A stretch of 58,089 nt of DNA, filler included, from Sluysia triapertura (GCA_046118255.1; 4 parts of 4 records of this genome joined end to end with filler, not necessarily neighbours in it); one strand, 5' to 3'; positions 24,788-37,885 are shown, counted from the whole stretch's first letter. Translations and numbers: made by a program. The notes: generated by a model not told the origin, from the letters alone.

Positions 24788-25703
24788 TATTTTAGCAAAA
24801 TTAAATTAAAATTAGAAATTAATATTTGACTGACAATAATAATAATAACAGCAATAAGATTACTGTTATTATCATTATTGTTAACAAATAAAAATGACAA
24901 ATCTTTTCTTGAACAAAATACACGACCTTTTCTTTCGATATCTAATATTTTTCTTACATATAAAATGATAAAAGAAGCAAAATTGATGACATGTTGTGAA
25001 AGAACAACGGTAACGAGGTATATTACGTCTCGGTTGTCGTTGTTGTTTCATATTGAGATAATGTGTTCTCTAAAGTTTTATTGTATTTATTTCTAAAGGT
25101 AAAGAAATAATTTGATTTGTATTTGAAACAAAAAATGTTGGAATAAATTATTAAAATTTATTAAAGATTTGTGATTGAAAATAAAATTAATGTCTTGAAT
25201 CTGATAGTTTGAGATGCTTATTGAAAGGTTGTAGTTTATTTAGTTTTAAACGACGATCACAAAATAAATCTTAACGTATCTGTAATGTTGTTAAGAATAG
25301 ATGTTGATGATGAATATGTGTAAATGAAATAGATTTAGTTTGGTATAGTTGGTAAAAGATTTTAATGTAAATGTTTTCTATTTCTGAGGTAATTGTTAGC
25401 GTTGTTGAATGGTGTTATTGTATTTATGATTTGTGTATTATAGCTTTGGAGTTAATGTTGTGGGTTATTCGAGATTATTTATTGGAGTATGTTGTGAAGT
25501 GGATGGTTGAGAGTGTTCGTAGAATTGTTGATATATATGAGTTGAAGAGATGTTATAAATGTCGAGTGTTATTCGTGGTGATTGATTTGGTGTAGTTCGA
25601 TAGTAAGAAGTGTAATTGTAATTATATTTTAGTGAACTTTTGAGTTATGGATGTTGAGTGTAAAGTTTTAATAAATTTTAAGCTGTGGGTGTTGGCCACT
25701 ACA
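24788..25703 (-). mobile_element. TGTAGTGGCCAAC-terminus long leader, copy B
   Basis: 16-nt identity with 34029-34044 at the terminus. Colinear shared blocks with 34032-35220: ACTCGACATT, ATGTCATCAAT, TTTATATGT, CGAAAGAAA, GTTGCT.CCA. Confidence 0.8.
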
Positions 25704-26149
25704 CTATTATTTTCTTAAAACATTTTATAAATTGATATAGGATTGCTATTTTTTATTTCTGTTGGTAATAATTGACGCATGTGTTAAAAATTTGCCTTCT
25801 TGGGTTTTGTAATACCGCTTACTTTTCTCCAAATGCAATTTCCACTTTATGGTATTAATATTAAATTTACAACAAAAGTAATCCTGTTTATCACATTTGC
25901 TTTTTTATAATAAAGAATTTTATATTTAATTTTGGTACTTATCAGTAGCCAGTTAAACTTATTAGATACTTTGACATAAGACCCTGTTGTGGTTTTGTAT
26001 ATTTTATCAGTGTATTGATACAAATTAACGTTTTATTATAATAGAGAATTGAAAAACGTATTTGAAATTTATTTTTAGACTTTTCGACAAAAGACAATAA
26101 ATAAGAATTACATAAAATTTTATTTAGTATACATCTATATATTAAAATA

Positions 26150-26443
26150 CTGTCCCGAATGATGTTCCACGTATTTCTCCCGCTACGCTACTTTTAGTTC
26201 GTTGACAATCGCAGTGTCCTTGTTCACATTCAGAGTTAGTGTTCCAAGGGATCCCAAGATGTTTCCGATTCGATATAGATGATCGACGTTCTGTAAACAA
26301 TTGGTGTATGAAATCATTAGTTCATCCAATGTATGGGCGTCTATACAACTGTTCCCATATTTGATACAATTTCCTTTTTGGTCAGCATTGAATAGGCACA
26401 TTCCTCTTTTGATGTCTTCACCAAAGAGTTTCACATAAATCAC
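26150..26443 (-). pseudogene. Unkempt-like CCCH zinc-finger fragment
   Basis: IKRGMCLFNADQKGNCIKYGNSCIDAHTLDEL fits the Unkempt finger pattern YKTG.C...TD.KGNC.KNG.HC.FAHG..DL. A shifted frame gives a further Cys-rich relic (PWNTNSECEQGHCDC). Confidence 0.65.
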
Positions 26444-26927
26444 ATTGTGATTCAGCTGATGATGTTATATCATTATTGTTACTAAGATAAAGTGTGTCTT
26501 TAGTCTTTTCTATCGTCTCCAAACTAGCTTTATCATTTAATAATGTTAAAGAATTAAATACTGAACTTTTATTAAGATTCTCTGTCATTTCTCGTAAAAA
26601 GATACATTCACATGCTTCATTGGTCGACTACAAATATCTTGTCAATGTCCAAAATTGTACCGATCATCGAAAGTGTAAGAATTAATGAATAACATTTATT
26701 ATGAATTGCACACGATTTGTTTGAATTTATACATACACAAACATTCATAATGTATTATCGATTAATTTGTAATTTATCATTTTAAAAATTGATTATTTGG
26801 AATTATAATTATTATTTTAATTTATTATTATTTGAAACTAAAAGTACGTTTTATTGTTGTTATTGTTTTTAATTAATTTTAATTTTTATTATTTTTAATT
26901 ATTTTTAATTAATAATTATGATTATTC

Positions 26928-27210
26928 AACGTGACTATTTCTTAATAGAAAATACTTTATTTTAAATATTTTTACTTTATTTTAAAAAATTATTTTTGTT
27001 TTAATCTGATCTTTCAAGGTCAGATTAAAACAAATATATAAGCAACAGAAAAAACACAAGAACCATAACCAAAAATTTACTTATAAATCTTAAAATTTTC
27101 AAGAGTATCCATTCGCTGGTATAATTGTTTAGGACAATCGAATTTCGTTCATTAACATTATATTTGTCAAAAAATATTTATTCTCTGGTGTACGAAAATA
27201 GTCACGTTAG
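26928..27210. mobile_element. Degenerate piggyBac-type MITE
   Basis: AACGTGACTATTT ... AAATAGTCACGTT inverted repeat; the right end terminates AGG|TTAA. Internal palindrome TTGTTTTAATCTGA...TCAGATTAAAACAA near 26997-27033. Confidence 0.6.
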
Positions 27211-27657
27211 GTTAATTTAAATTTTAAGAATTTGATATTATTATATCCAAGCAAAATAGACTCAAATTTCATTTAATCATTTAGACCATATAAAGGTCTC
27301 GTGTAAAATCTCATTTTTAAACTATAAAGAGTGTATAGCTAGTTTTACCTAGCTATTGCAAAATCATTATTATTATAAAGAATTTGTAATTAATTTTTAT
27401 CTTTGTAAAGACATTATTTATTTGAATAAATTGTTACTTAAATCATCATTTGTAATTTTTGATATAAAATTATTAAAATATATGGAAGAGATTTCCCATA
27501 CTAGAATATAATTTCTAGGTAGAAAAATCATTCAATTCAATCCTATATAACAGGATTTGGTAATATAATTTTTATTTTACTGATTAACTTTTTCATTTTA
27601 TTGAGTTAATTAAAATGATTGATCCTGATTCTACTTTGTATTTTCATGATAGAAATT

Positions 27658-29010
27658 TGGCGCCCGATTAATTTTTAAGTGATTATGGTTACTCTCTTGG
27701 AGTTCATGATGATATATTAAAAGTTATTATTGTTTAAGATACACATTTTAGTTATTCTACTCCCAGTAAGACTATTAAAAGAAAAATAGGTAAGGATTAC
27801 TTTAACCATTCATTTATGGATATTAATGACAATAATAATCTTGAGAATAGAATTATTGATACTGATAATGAACAACCAGATTCAAATGGCAACTCAGATG
27901 TAGAAATATTAAAAAAGGAAACAAATACTTAACAAAGATTACTTATGATAGCGATAAAGGTTAATTAGATACAAGATGTTTAATTTACACCTTATTGTGT
28001 GATAAGTTTGATAATTTCGGTAAGTATAAAATATTATTACCTAATATTAAGGATTATAAAATACTATTGATAAAATAACGCAACATTTATAGGAAAAATC
28101 AGAGATAAGGACAGAAGTGAGTATATAAACACGAGACAATGTAATTAGTTTCAGGTAAACAGATTAATACCAGCTTAAATAGAGAAAAACTCAAAATGTA
28201 ATTGTCCACATATTATTTCAGTGCGATAATACAAGACTTCTTACTAAAGAAAAAGTAGATAAGATGATATATCTTACAGACAAAAAGTTATGGAATGAAA
28301 ATCAAGGTTTTTGGGAAGATATAATTAAAGAAAGAGAAAAATTAAACTCTGACGAAAATTTCAATAGGTTCACAGATATATTAGAAAATAATAACATTAA
28401 ACAATATAGTACCTAGGTTAAGTACTACTAATAATATGTTATATGTAATTTTTTTGCTTGATATGCTTGGTATGAATAAGACAAATGGAATTAAGGCATT
28501 TGACTACAGTAGACAACTAATAGATCGAAAGTTTTCATTGCTCAACATGGAAGATTGTCTAGAGTCTAAATCTAATAGAGTATTCATTAATGATAGTAAA
28601 ATACTAAATGTTTATCAAGGTAATTTAATAAAAACTCTAGTAAGAGAATGTTCAATAAAAAGATCAGTTGTAACTTGGTATTGTGAACAACATATTCAAC
28701 ATATCAAACGTTTCAAAACCGTTCTAAATATCACCCAGTAATTGTAGGGATGCATTCGAAACTGGTTAAATAAGAAAGAAATAAGTTGAGAATAAAATAT
28801 AGTGACAGATAATTTGCAATGTGCGGACTGCAGGAAATGTATTATTAGACGGAGCATGAAGTTAAGATATACCATAACGTTTTGGCACAATAAACATGCG
28901 TAGTGGATCTAAAATCTTTTAACGAAAGTTTAGACAAATAAAAAGGCACTATGATGTCACGTTCTTTTTGTAAAATAGACTAGCTGCGACATAGGAGAGT
29001 CTATATTGCT
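27658..29010 (+). mobile_element. Possible highly decayed Gypsy-type LTR retrotransposon internal region
   Basis: TGGCGCCCGA (27658-27667) is the tRNA-Lys-type primer-binding site. KILNVYQGNLIKTLVRECSIKRSVVTWY resembles the integrase core (.I.SDQG..F.S.L.K.L....GIK.S.T.PY). No RT motif seen. Confidence 0.4.
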
Positions 29011-30370
29011 CTATGAATTAATATTTCTAAAACAAATTAAGTGTAATCTTGTATTCGGATTTGTATTTCAGAACGATTATGATTCTTCGATTGAAGAATT
29101 GAATGAGACAAAGAGATAAGAAAAATTTAGAACGAAAAAAAAACTCATGCAATTCTTCTGGAAAATAAGGAATAAGACGGTTTAATATTTTTGTCTAAAA
29201 GATCGATCATTTGGTATAGTAACAGAGACCAAGGCATTTATTTGTCTGAACATATATTTTCACAAGCCAAAACGGGAGTTGACTCTAAGAATTTGAATAC
29301 GTCAACAATAAGAATGACTTTTATTATCATTTAAAACTCATGTGCTTAGAAAAAGTTTATCAATCAATGATACCAAGATATTGACAACTAAATAGTGAAA
29401 TCCCTTAAGACATCATATTATACTTTTGAATTATTTTGAAATTAATACCAATCTTTTTTCTTTACTGTCTTCGAATTCAAATATATTTCTACGGTACATG
29501 ACAAATTCAGTATTATCGATCATTAAAATTTGGATTTTATATTACATTAACTCAGTGGTCACATTTTTGGTTGTGTGACTTTTTTGTACCAGTAATTACG
29601 AAGTCATTAAGTAAGATAAATAAATTTAAGCTTAGAAAAACTTTAATTATTAATAATAGGAATAGTATGATGAATAAAACTATAAATTCACGAACATTTA
29701 ATCATAAATGTAATGTTAATTTTAATAATTACTTTAACTCCAACTTTTCCGATTGCATTAACTATGCTTTTGGTATTATGTTATTTGGTTTAGACTTGAT
29801 TATAATAAATTGTACATTGAAACTTTTTATTAACACAATTAAAAAATTTTATAGGAAATTGAAAATTAATGTTGCAATTACCTTTAATCAAAAACTTTTT
29901 ATTAAATTTAACTTAAATTTCTTGAAATCTAAAAACAAATAAAAATAACAACTAAAACTATTTATTTTGATCATTCTATATAAATAACAAATATTTTTAT
30001 AAATTGTTTTGTCATTTTTTGAATATGCCATGACAGAGATTCATATCTTTTTCTAAACAAATAAAAGAATATAAAATCATTTAGGTCAATATGAATCAAA
30101 AAAAGATATATAATTATTTCTGTCTCACCTTGTATTACTGGATCGGATGGCACGTTAATACAGTTATCATTGGTAATATTACCTTCACTAATGGATAAGT
30201 TATGTATGTCAGGTATGATTCCCAAGGTTGATAAAAAAGATTTGATTCTATCATAGTTATCATTGAAATTTGCTGGTGTAATGGCCGGGCTGGGGTGTAT
30301 ATTAATTTACTGCTCAAACTGTTGATTATTATTAAAGAAAAATTCATAGTTAATGAAAATAAAGACGTAA

Positions 30371-30470
30371 NNNNNNNNNNNNNNNNNNNNNNNNNNNNNN
30401 NNNNNNNNNNNNNNTTAATTAATTAANNNNNNNNNNNNNNNNNNNNNNNNNNNNNNNNNNNNNNNNNNNN
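30371..30470. other. Artificial contig-join linker
   Basis: 44 N + TTAATTAATTAA + 44 N. Confidence 0.98.
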
Positions 30471-31700
30471 CACAAATATACTTATTTAAATTACGTATTG
30501 TTTAGATATTAAAAAGTTTACAAAAGAAGCTAAAGTTAAATAAATATAAATTAAATTATCTATGTTTGTCATTCTCGCCAAACTAAAAGTAAAACCCAAA
30601 CATACTTGCAAGTTAAAACCAAAAGTAAATGAAAATCGTTAGAATTTCTAGTAAATACGCTTATACCAAATTATAGTTAACTTAATCTTGCCAATAATCT
30701 TATTTTACTATTCTATATTTAGTGTATTTAGTTATATGCATTATTTAATTTTTGCAGATTCGTGCTTCCTTTTTAAAATGATGAATGATATGAAATACTA
30801 TTGCAAATTTAATTCGATTCGAATATTATTCAGTTATCAATTTACAAATACTACTTTTTGTGGTAATATGTTGTAATTTAATTTTTTATATTTTATTTTA
30901 TTAAAATAAATTATAATGTTAAATTATCTACTAAGTTATCTACAATATATTTCATTTCTCAGTAAAATCTCTATGGAAAATTTGCATAATTTTTGTAGAA
31001 TAAATCTTCAAATTCCATCTACTTATTCATCATTCTTTCTTGAAGATTACATGTTTATCTTGCCAAATGACGTTTAGTTTTTTGTCGTATTAGACAGGAG
31101 TTTAGTATAACGTACGATTTAATTAACACAACTATTTTGATATCTACATAAATTTTTGTACTAATAACGGTTTTGTTTATTCTTTAATTGAAATTCTACT
31201 ATTATCATCAATAAGAAATTTTTGACTATTGTTTTTTCTTCTACGACATGAATTTAATTAATTTTGATTTTTATGCAATTAATTTTTAGTTGTTGACAAT
31301 GTTATAATTGTTGCAATGATAATAATAATTATAATAATAATTATAATAATAGTAATGATAATAATAATATAAAAAAACTCATATGTTTTATACAGCTTCT
31401 TTCTTGTTTTGTTTAAAATTAAACTTATACCATACTTTGAAAATATATAAGTTTTGCCCTTCTTATCTATATGAACTTTAATATCTTCACTACACAGATT
31501 ATATACTTCATCAAATATTTTAATTAATTTCGATATTATTTAAGCTTAATGCAATCTTTACTTTTACATGATACCCAATTTAAGAACATGTAAGAATAAT
31601 TACGAACGTCACAATGATAGAAGAGCTGCAAACTTCTTGGTTACTTAGCACATTAAATCGTTTTATGTCTTTTACATTATGTCTCATAATATTGCAAAAT

Positions 31701-32019
31701 TGTTTGTCTTTATTAGCTACAAATAAGTGAAGATTTATGGACAATGTTGGTGAATATTGTCATTTTTACTGTAAGTGTTGTATACTAAGCTGAGATATTT
31801 CTGAGATCTGATTGTAGTTGTTAATGTTGTTGAAAGATTATAAAATGTGACTGTTGAGATAACTGGCAATGAGGGGAAATATCAGTTAATGAGTGGAAAT
31901 GTCTGTTTTATAGATTGTTGTACTGTCAACTATAATGAATGGTGTGATTGTTTATGGTGCAAGGTATTTTGGATTTTTGGTCCAACACTTTGAGAGTTTT
32001 GGTGTTTCAGTTCACTACA
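31701..32019 (-). mobile_element. TGTAGTGAAC-terminus unit, copy F (solo-LTR-like)
   Basis: Minus strand reads TGTAGTGAAC ... CTATAAAA (31913-31906) ... AATAAA (31714-31709) ... CA (31701). Shares TACCTTGCA..TAAACA with copy G. No TSD found. Confidence 0.55.
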
Positions 32020-32067
32020 ATCAAATTATTAAAAAATAAACATTTCTAAACATTGCTCGATGATCTT

Positions 32068-32852
32068 TGTAGTGAACTTCAGATCACCTCATAATAATCA
32101 TAAACAAACACCAACACAAATCAACGTACCTTGCATAAACATATTATTAAACGAACTGCTCAATATATACAAAACATAAACACACTCATACTAATTTCAT
32201 AATTGTTATATTTTGTTTGTGAAAATATCTTATTATTGTTACTGGTATTATTATTACTGATTTTATTATTGTTATTTCTGCTAATACTACTTATATATAT
32301 TTTATCACTAATTTTATTGTCATTATTTTCATGTAATCAATTTTACCATCTTTTCTTCATATTTTATTTCATTTCTATGTAATATTTTAGCACTTCTAAT
32401 TTATTACAAGCTAAACATAAGCCCCAATAAGATAGTTATAAAATAATCAAAATAATAGCTTAAACCGTATTACTGTTTACATTGCATTATGAAGATAACG
32501 ACATCATATCTTATTATAATTCTATCAGTATTTCTTTAATTTTGATAATTACACTTGTAACAATACAATTAATTTTATTATTATTATTATTTTAACAATT
32601 ACACAAATATAATAAATTTTATTCAATAATTTATGTAATGCATGATTTAAATAACTGCATAAAAAATCAACTTTTATAAATATTATAGTTTCACTTGTAT
32701 TTTATTATGATTATAATTAATAATTAGTTAAGTTCAACAAAACGGAAGCTATGAAGATTGAATGAATGTTTTTGTACTTTATGTACTATTGAAGATTTAT
32801 AATATTTGAAATTTGGATAAAGATTATCTACAACGTCTATTAATTATTTAAA
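32068..32852 (+). mobile_element. TGTAGTGAAC-terminus leader, copy G
   Basis: Shares CACAAATCAAC, CATAAACA, ATACAAAACA and a distal TTTGAAATTTGGA (32805-32817) with copy H (49972-50792). Confidence 0.65.
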
Positions 32853-33107
32853 ATGTATGGATTTCGAGGTTCAAATATCTCAAAGCCTTATCATCCAAAA
32901 AAGAAGTTAACAGAATGTGAACATAAAATGAATATTAGTGTACCTGTTATATCAGATGATATGAAAATTAAAGATGAAATGTCACCCCCAATTTCTTTAC
33001 AATGTATGGTTTTAGGAAATGTAACTGATACAAGTGATAAATTCACTGCATATATGTTTTGTGGCGTTTATAATACAATGAAACATCTACGTATTTTATT
33101 ATCTTAA
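32853..33107 (+). CDS. 84-aa ORF of unknown function directly behind leader G
   Basis: ATG-initiated, protein-like composition (MYGFRGSNISKPYHPKKKLTECEH...); no family recognised. Confidence 0.4.
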   Translation: MYGFRGSNISKPYHPKKKLTECEHKMNISVPVISDDMKIKDEMSPPISLQCMVLGNVTDTSDKFTAYMFCGVYNTMKHLRILLS

Positions 33108-34031
33108 TTATCTTATTATTTTATATTATTATTTTTATATTATTAAAATAATATAAAATAATTTATAAACTCCATTGCGGTTTAGTTAAATATCTAACAC
33201 TTAAAGCAATTAACCATGTTTTCTGTATAAAATTCGATATTATCAAGGCAAGTCTTTGTTCTTACATTAATCTTCTCTTAATCTATTATGATTATGAAAA
33301 CTATAACATATTTATGCATAATTATAACATAACATAATCATGTGATAGTTATTATATTAAAACAATAATCATCTACTATCTTCTATTACAATATTCTCTC
33401 CTACAATTATTAGTTGCACATTTTTAATGTTACATATTGCTTTACAAAAAAATACATTAATGCAATGTCATAACAATCAAACTAGAACATATCTTCTTAT
33501 TGATGAACTAATTCTAAAGGTATTTTATTGCCTTGTTTCTGTTATTTTATTGTTTAATATAAAATTTTGTGTTGTTAATTTATTTGTTTTGTTCAAAATA
33601 ATTTTATTTGTTTTTGTTAAAGGCCTAAATTAAATGTTTATAATATTAAAAAAGAGATATAAAAATTTTTCATAATAAATTTAATGTTTGTAATATATTA
33701 GAAAAATAATAAATCTTTAACTCCCGTGACAATCTTTAAATGAAAAATTATTAATTAATTAATTGGATAAATATTGTACTAAAAATTAAGAACACTGTGA
33801 ACTTGATAACTTCAATCTTATTTGATCAATACTCCAATCACACTAATGAGCTACTTTTGTTTCAGAAATTTTTGTATAATATGTATTCAAAATTATAATT
33901 ATAATTAATTTTGAATTTCTAAACCTTTAACAATGTCAAATAACTTTTAAGATATGGTCTCTATATTAAAATATAAAATATTCTTATAAATTTTGTTATG
34001 TTTTATTAGAATTGTTATTTTTTTAGTTTAG

Positions 34032-35215
34032 TGTAGTGGCCAACCTTTACAACCACTAAAATTTTATTAAAAATTAATATCTTCTCTTATCTTCATACTT
34101 TAACAATAATACCTTTCATCTCTTACATACTTTCTAAAATCAATCCATATCCACAATTCCACAACATACAAATCGCAATTACACCAGACATTACTAATTT
34201 ACATCAACTAATCCACTAAAAACATGTACTCGACATTCATAATAATCCAACAACAAACACATTCGAGATAATCTGCTCAATACTTTCGAATCCTTCATTT
34301 TATACTACACTTTAATATTTAATACTTAATATTTAACAATATTTATTTAATAGTTTTTTTGCCTAAACTAAATCACAGTCACAAGCTTATAACACATAAA
34401 CCACAATTACATTTAATACCATTTGATAACACCAGCAAATCTACTTGAAACATATAAAATACCTACTTCACATCTCCGAATCAATTACAACATCTTAATT
34501 TCATTATTCGTTTATGCATAATCACCACCAACACAGTACATCAACACAGTATAACAACACCAAAAACATCAAACAAACAAATCACACAAAACATTGTACA
34601 ATAACATCTTAATTATACCAAGAGTTGTGTTGTAGTTGCACTTTTAGATTTATGAAGTTGCAATCTTCTCAATAAATCTTCCGACATTTAAATCTTGTTT
34701 TCAATTGTAGACTTCAATCAGTATCTAAGAACTCATTCTAACATTATCTGTTTCATCTCACGATTCAAATCACTTATTATATCTTCAAAGGTTAATTATA
34801 CTCATTAATTCTTTCAAAAAATAATTATTACTCAGAAATTTAGTCCCAAATACATTTTTAATTTATTTAATTTTTGTTAGAAATCTTTATGAATTTAAGG
34901 AAGATCGTGTAGGTTTTAAAGAATTCAATTGTATGTAATAAAATAACGACAATAATTCGAGCATAGTGCACCTTTTTATTGTCGCTATTTCTTTTTATGT
35001 CATCAATCTTTATTTTATTTTATTTCTTTATATGTCAAGAAATAAGTAAGACGAAAGAAAGTTCATGTTAGATTGATAATGAAGGAAATTTATGCATTAT
35101 TTTTTAATTTTCTTTTTAATAATAATAATAATAACAATATTGTTATTTTTATTATTATTTCCGAATTAATAAATGAACAATTATTTAATTTTTAATTTTA
35201 ATAAAGTCACAATTG
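34032..35215 (+). mobile_element. TGTAGTGGCCAAC-terminus long leader, copy C
   Basis: Colinear with copy B; strongly G-depleted first ~600 bp; ends AATAAAGTCACA just before the dyad module. Confidence 0.8.
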
Positions 35216-35390
35216 GTTGCTACCACCACCAGTGTTGATACTGCTCGTCACAATCTTCATTAAAGTGTCAACATTGATCATGGCCAATCATGAGTAATCA
35301 CCATTTTTGTGAGTGAAGTTTCTTTCTCTAAATATCATCCAATCAGGACTAATATAATTTAATTTTCTGTTTGGAAGCCCTGATTGGATG
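35216..35390 (+). promoter_or_regulatory. Double-dyad module, copy C
   Basis: Arms 35223-35242 / 35264-35283 pair at 15/20 (61-bp span). CATCCAATCAGGACT 35336-35350 / AGCCCTGATTGGATG 35376-35390 pair at 14/15. Confidence 0.8.
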
Positions 35391-35574
35391 ACCAACTAAA
35401 ATTCGAGTGCTAAAAAAGAAGCACATAATTTTAAAAGTTCCGGATTTAAATTAACACTAACGATAAATCAGAATTTGCTGGCAAAAAAAGAAATTAGACA
35501 AAAATAATAGAATTAAAGCTTTTTAAAAAATCAGCTACGTACTGTTAATCTAAAATTTCCAGCATAGTGATACT

Positions 35575-37232
35575 TTAATAATGGTAACTCAATCAAGACA
35601 AAAAAAGTAAAAGGAGGCCGTCAAAAATTAAAGTTATTTCGTTCAAATGAGTCTCAAATGTGTTCTTAAGTGGGAAGTTAATTATTCATCAACACAAATG
35701 AATCGTGTAAAATCAAGAGCTGTTTTATTAAACAATGATTTTAAATCTTACATGAAAGTAAAAGTTCATAACCAATTTTTAACAAAGAAAATATGCCTAG
35801 TCGATATAAATTCAAAGAATATTGTACTTTGATGTTTCAAAATTTAAAGAAAGATTTAATATTAAAGATTCGGATTATTTTTATGCCTTTACTAAAAAGC
35901 AGCCATAATGGCGTCCGAATAAGAAATATGTTTTAACATATCATCATTTTATTGTTGAGATTATAACTAGCGAAGATGTTGAACAGTATATCATTTATTA
36001 GAAACTTATCATGGATTCGTAAGGAAGAACTCTTTTACCTCGTGGTTTAACTATGTATCGTTTAATAGTATTTGATCACATTTACTATATATTAGTCATA
36101 AAAATTACGTTTAGTCCTCATCTTCCTATTTGCAACAAGTATCAACTTAAACAATATTATGTTAGAATGTTTCGTAGGACTCAAACGGTAGTATTATCAA
36201 AATTAGATAATATGCGCATTTCAATTAAAGACAATACATCAAGAATCCGAAGATATGTTAAAAAAGTTATTAGTTGAACCATGCTTTAAATATGCCCATG
36301 AAAGTAGTGATGTAGTTCATCGATTTAGTTATGGCTATTTTTCTTCTTACAATGTGTTTGACTGGGAAAAACTAACCACTGAAAGTGATGTGATGTTTAA
36401 TTCTATTATGGTTTATTTCACAAACGAGGTTCCTAATCATAAAGCTATTTTAAATTCATTCATAATGATGCTGATCAACAAAAATTATGATATTGTAATT
36501 TAGTATCCGTTAATCCAAAAGTACGGAAAATCAATCAAAATTAGTTACGATCGTCTTGTCCCTGAATTTAACAAATCAAAGTCTATGTTGATTTCAATTA
36601 AATCTTTTATTGTGAATTTTTATTATGTTACAACAAAATTAACTAATTTCGGACCGAAAATTCAATATCAATTTCATTTATATTTTCAACTTAACTTTTC
36701 ACTTACATATATTGATCTGGTGAAGACAAGATCGATCAATTCCAAGATTTCCTAAGATGTTAACCATAACGGCCATGTTAAGATCATGTCTTTGGTAATT
36801 TTTGATTCTTTTCATATAATTCATTGTTTTATTGTACTTTTTAGATTACGTGCACAATACTCGGATTTATGAAGTGTGACGAGATGCAGCAAAAAAATCA
36901 ACAAACCGAACTCAAGATTCAATAACAATTTAAAGTTTTTATATTATCTATTCGATTGTATGTTAAATAAAATTTCCTGTTTTGTTCATTATAAAAGTTT
37001 TGTTGGTTATATAAGCAATGGTAACCTAACCTTTAAAAAAATCAGATACATGTTAAAAAAAGCGAATACGAATCGTAAAATAATGTACTTACAATTATTG
37101 AACAATAAATTTCCTAATATTAGTTTCGCCATAAGATTATGTAATCATGTAACATATAATATTAAACTTACATTAAATAAATATGTAAACATTAACATGA
37201 ATCGAATAATTTTTCATAAACCAAAACTCTAA
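35575..37232 (+). pseudogene. Fragmented coding region downstream of module C
   Basis: Series of same-strand ORF fragments (35647, 36053, 36255, 36876). KLKLFRSNESQMC near 35625 echoes NIILFRPNDSDEKC of copy A. Confidence 0.4.
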
Positions 37233-37609
37233 AATTTTACACAGTTAATGAACCTATTTCTCTAATTTCGAAACTCGCCAAATACTTACATTCCCAAATT
37301 GGTGTCTAATTTTCAACATTATTACATTACAATGGATTTACATATTTTTTTAAAAAGTATCTACAATAGATTTACATATTTGCAACTGTTAATTTTAATA
37401 ATATTTTATCCACGTTTTTCTGAAGTTCTTTCGCATCTATTATTCCTTTTATAATTAGCTTTTATGTTTAAAGAGTCGCTGATTTAGAATTTCTTCGATC
37501 TTGAATATGAAAAATTTATAATATATTGTAGTTTTTGTTTAGCTTATATTTAATGAAAAAAATGTGTCTTTGGTGTTTATAGGAATAAGCTATTATTTGT
37601 ATTTAATTA

Positions 37610-37885
37610 TGGGGTTGGTGAACAAGTTCGTGCGGTTTTTTACAATTATGAAAAATGCATACTGATCAAGAATAAAAACCATGAAAAAAATTCCAGATAA
37701 CAAAATGAATTTATTAAATGATTAGAAAAAACAAATGTCTCAGTTTCGGTAGGTGAGATATTCTCCGGCAAAATCGATCACTTTCTTCCGCCGTTGTGAT
37801 TTTTGGTCGAAAAACTCTTCAATCCACGTTGTTATTGCTTTTTCGATATGGAGTGGAAAAGATGGGGCTAAGTCGGGCGAACAAA
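37610..37885 (-). mobile_element. mariner transposon 3' end relic (Hsmar1/cecropia-like TIR)
   Basis: SPDLAPS motif (mariner YSPDLAPSD), then AITTWIEEFFDQKS and RRKKVIDFAGEYL (compare RWQKVI...GEY). TIR TA|TGGGGTTGGTGAACAAGTTCGTGCGGTTTTT at 37608-37640. Confidence 0.9.

Noticed and set aside
32013-32074. TGTAGTG/CACTACA as CACTA (EnSpm) transposon ends
   Set aside because: Homology between copies runs outward from TGTAGTG, the wrong side for a CACTA terminus, and the flanks are inverted (GTT/AAC) rather than a direct TSD.
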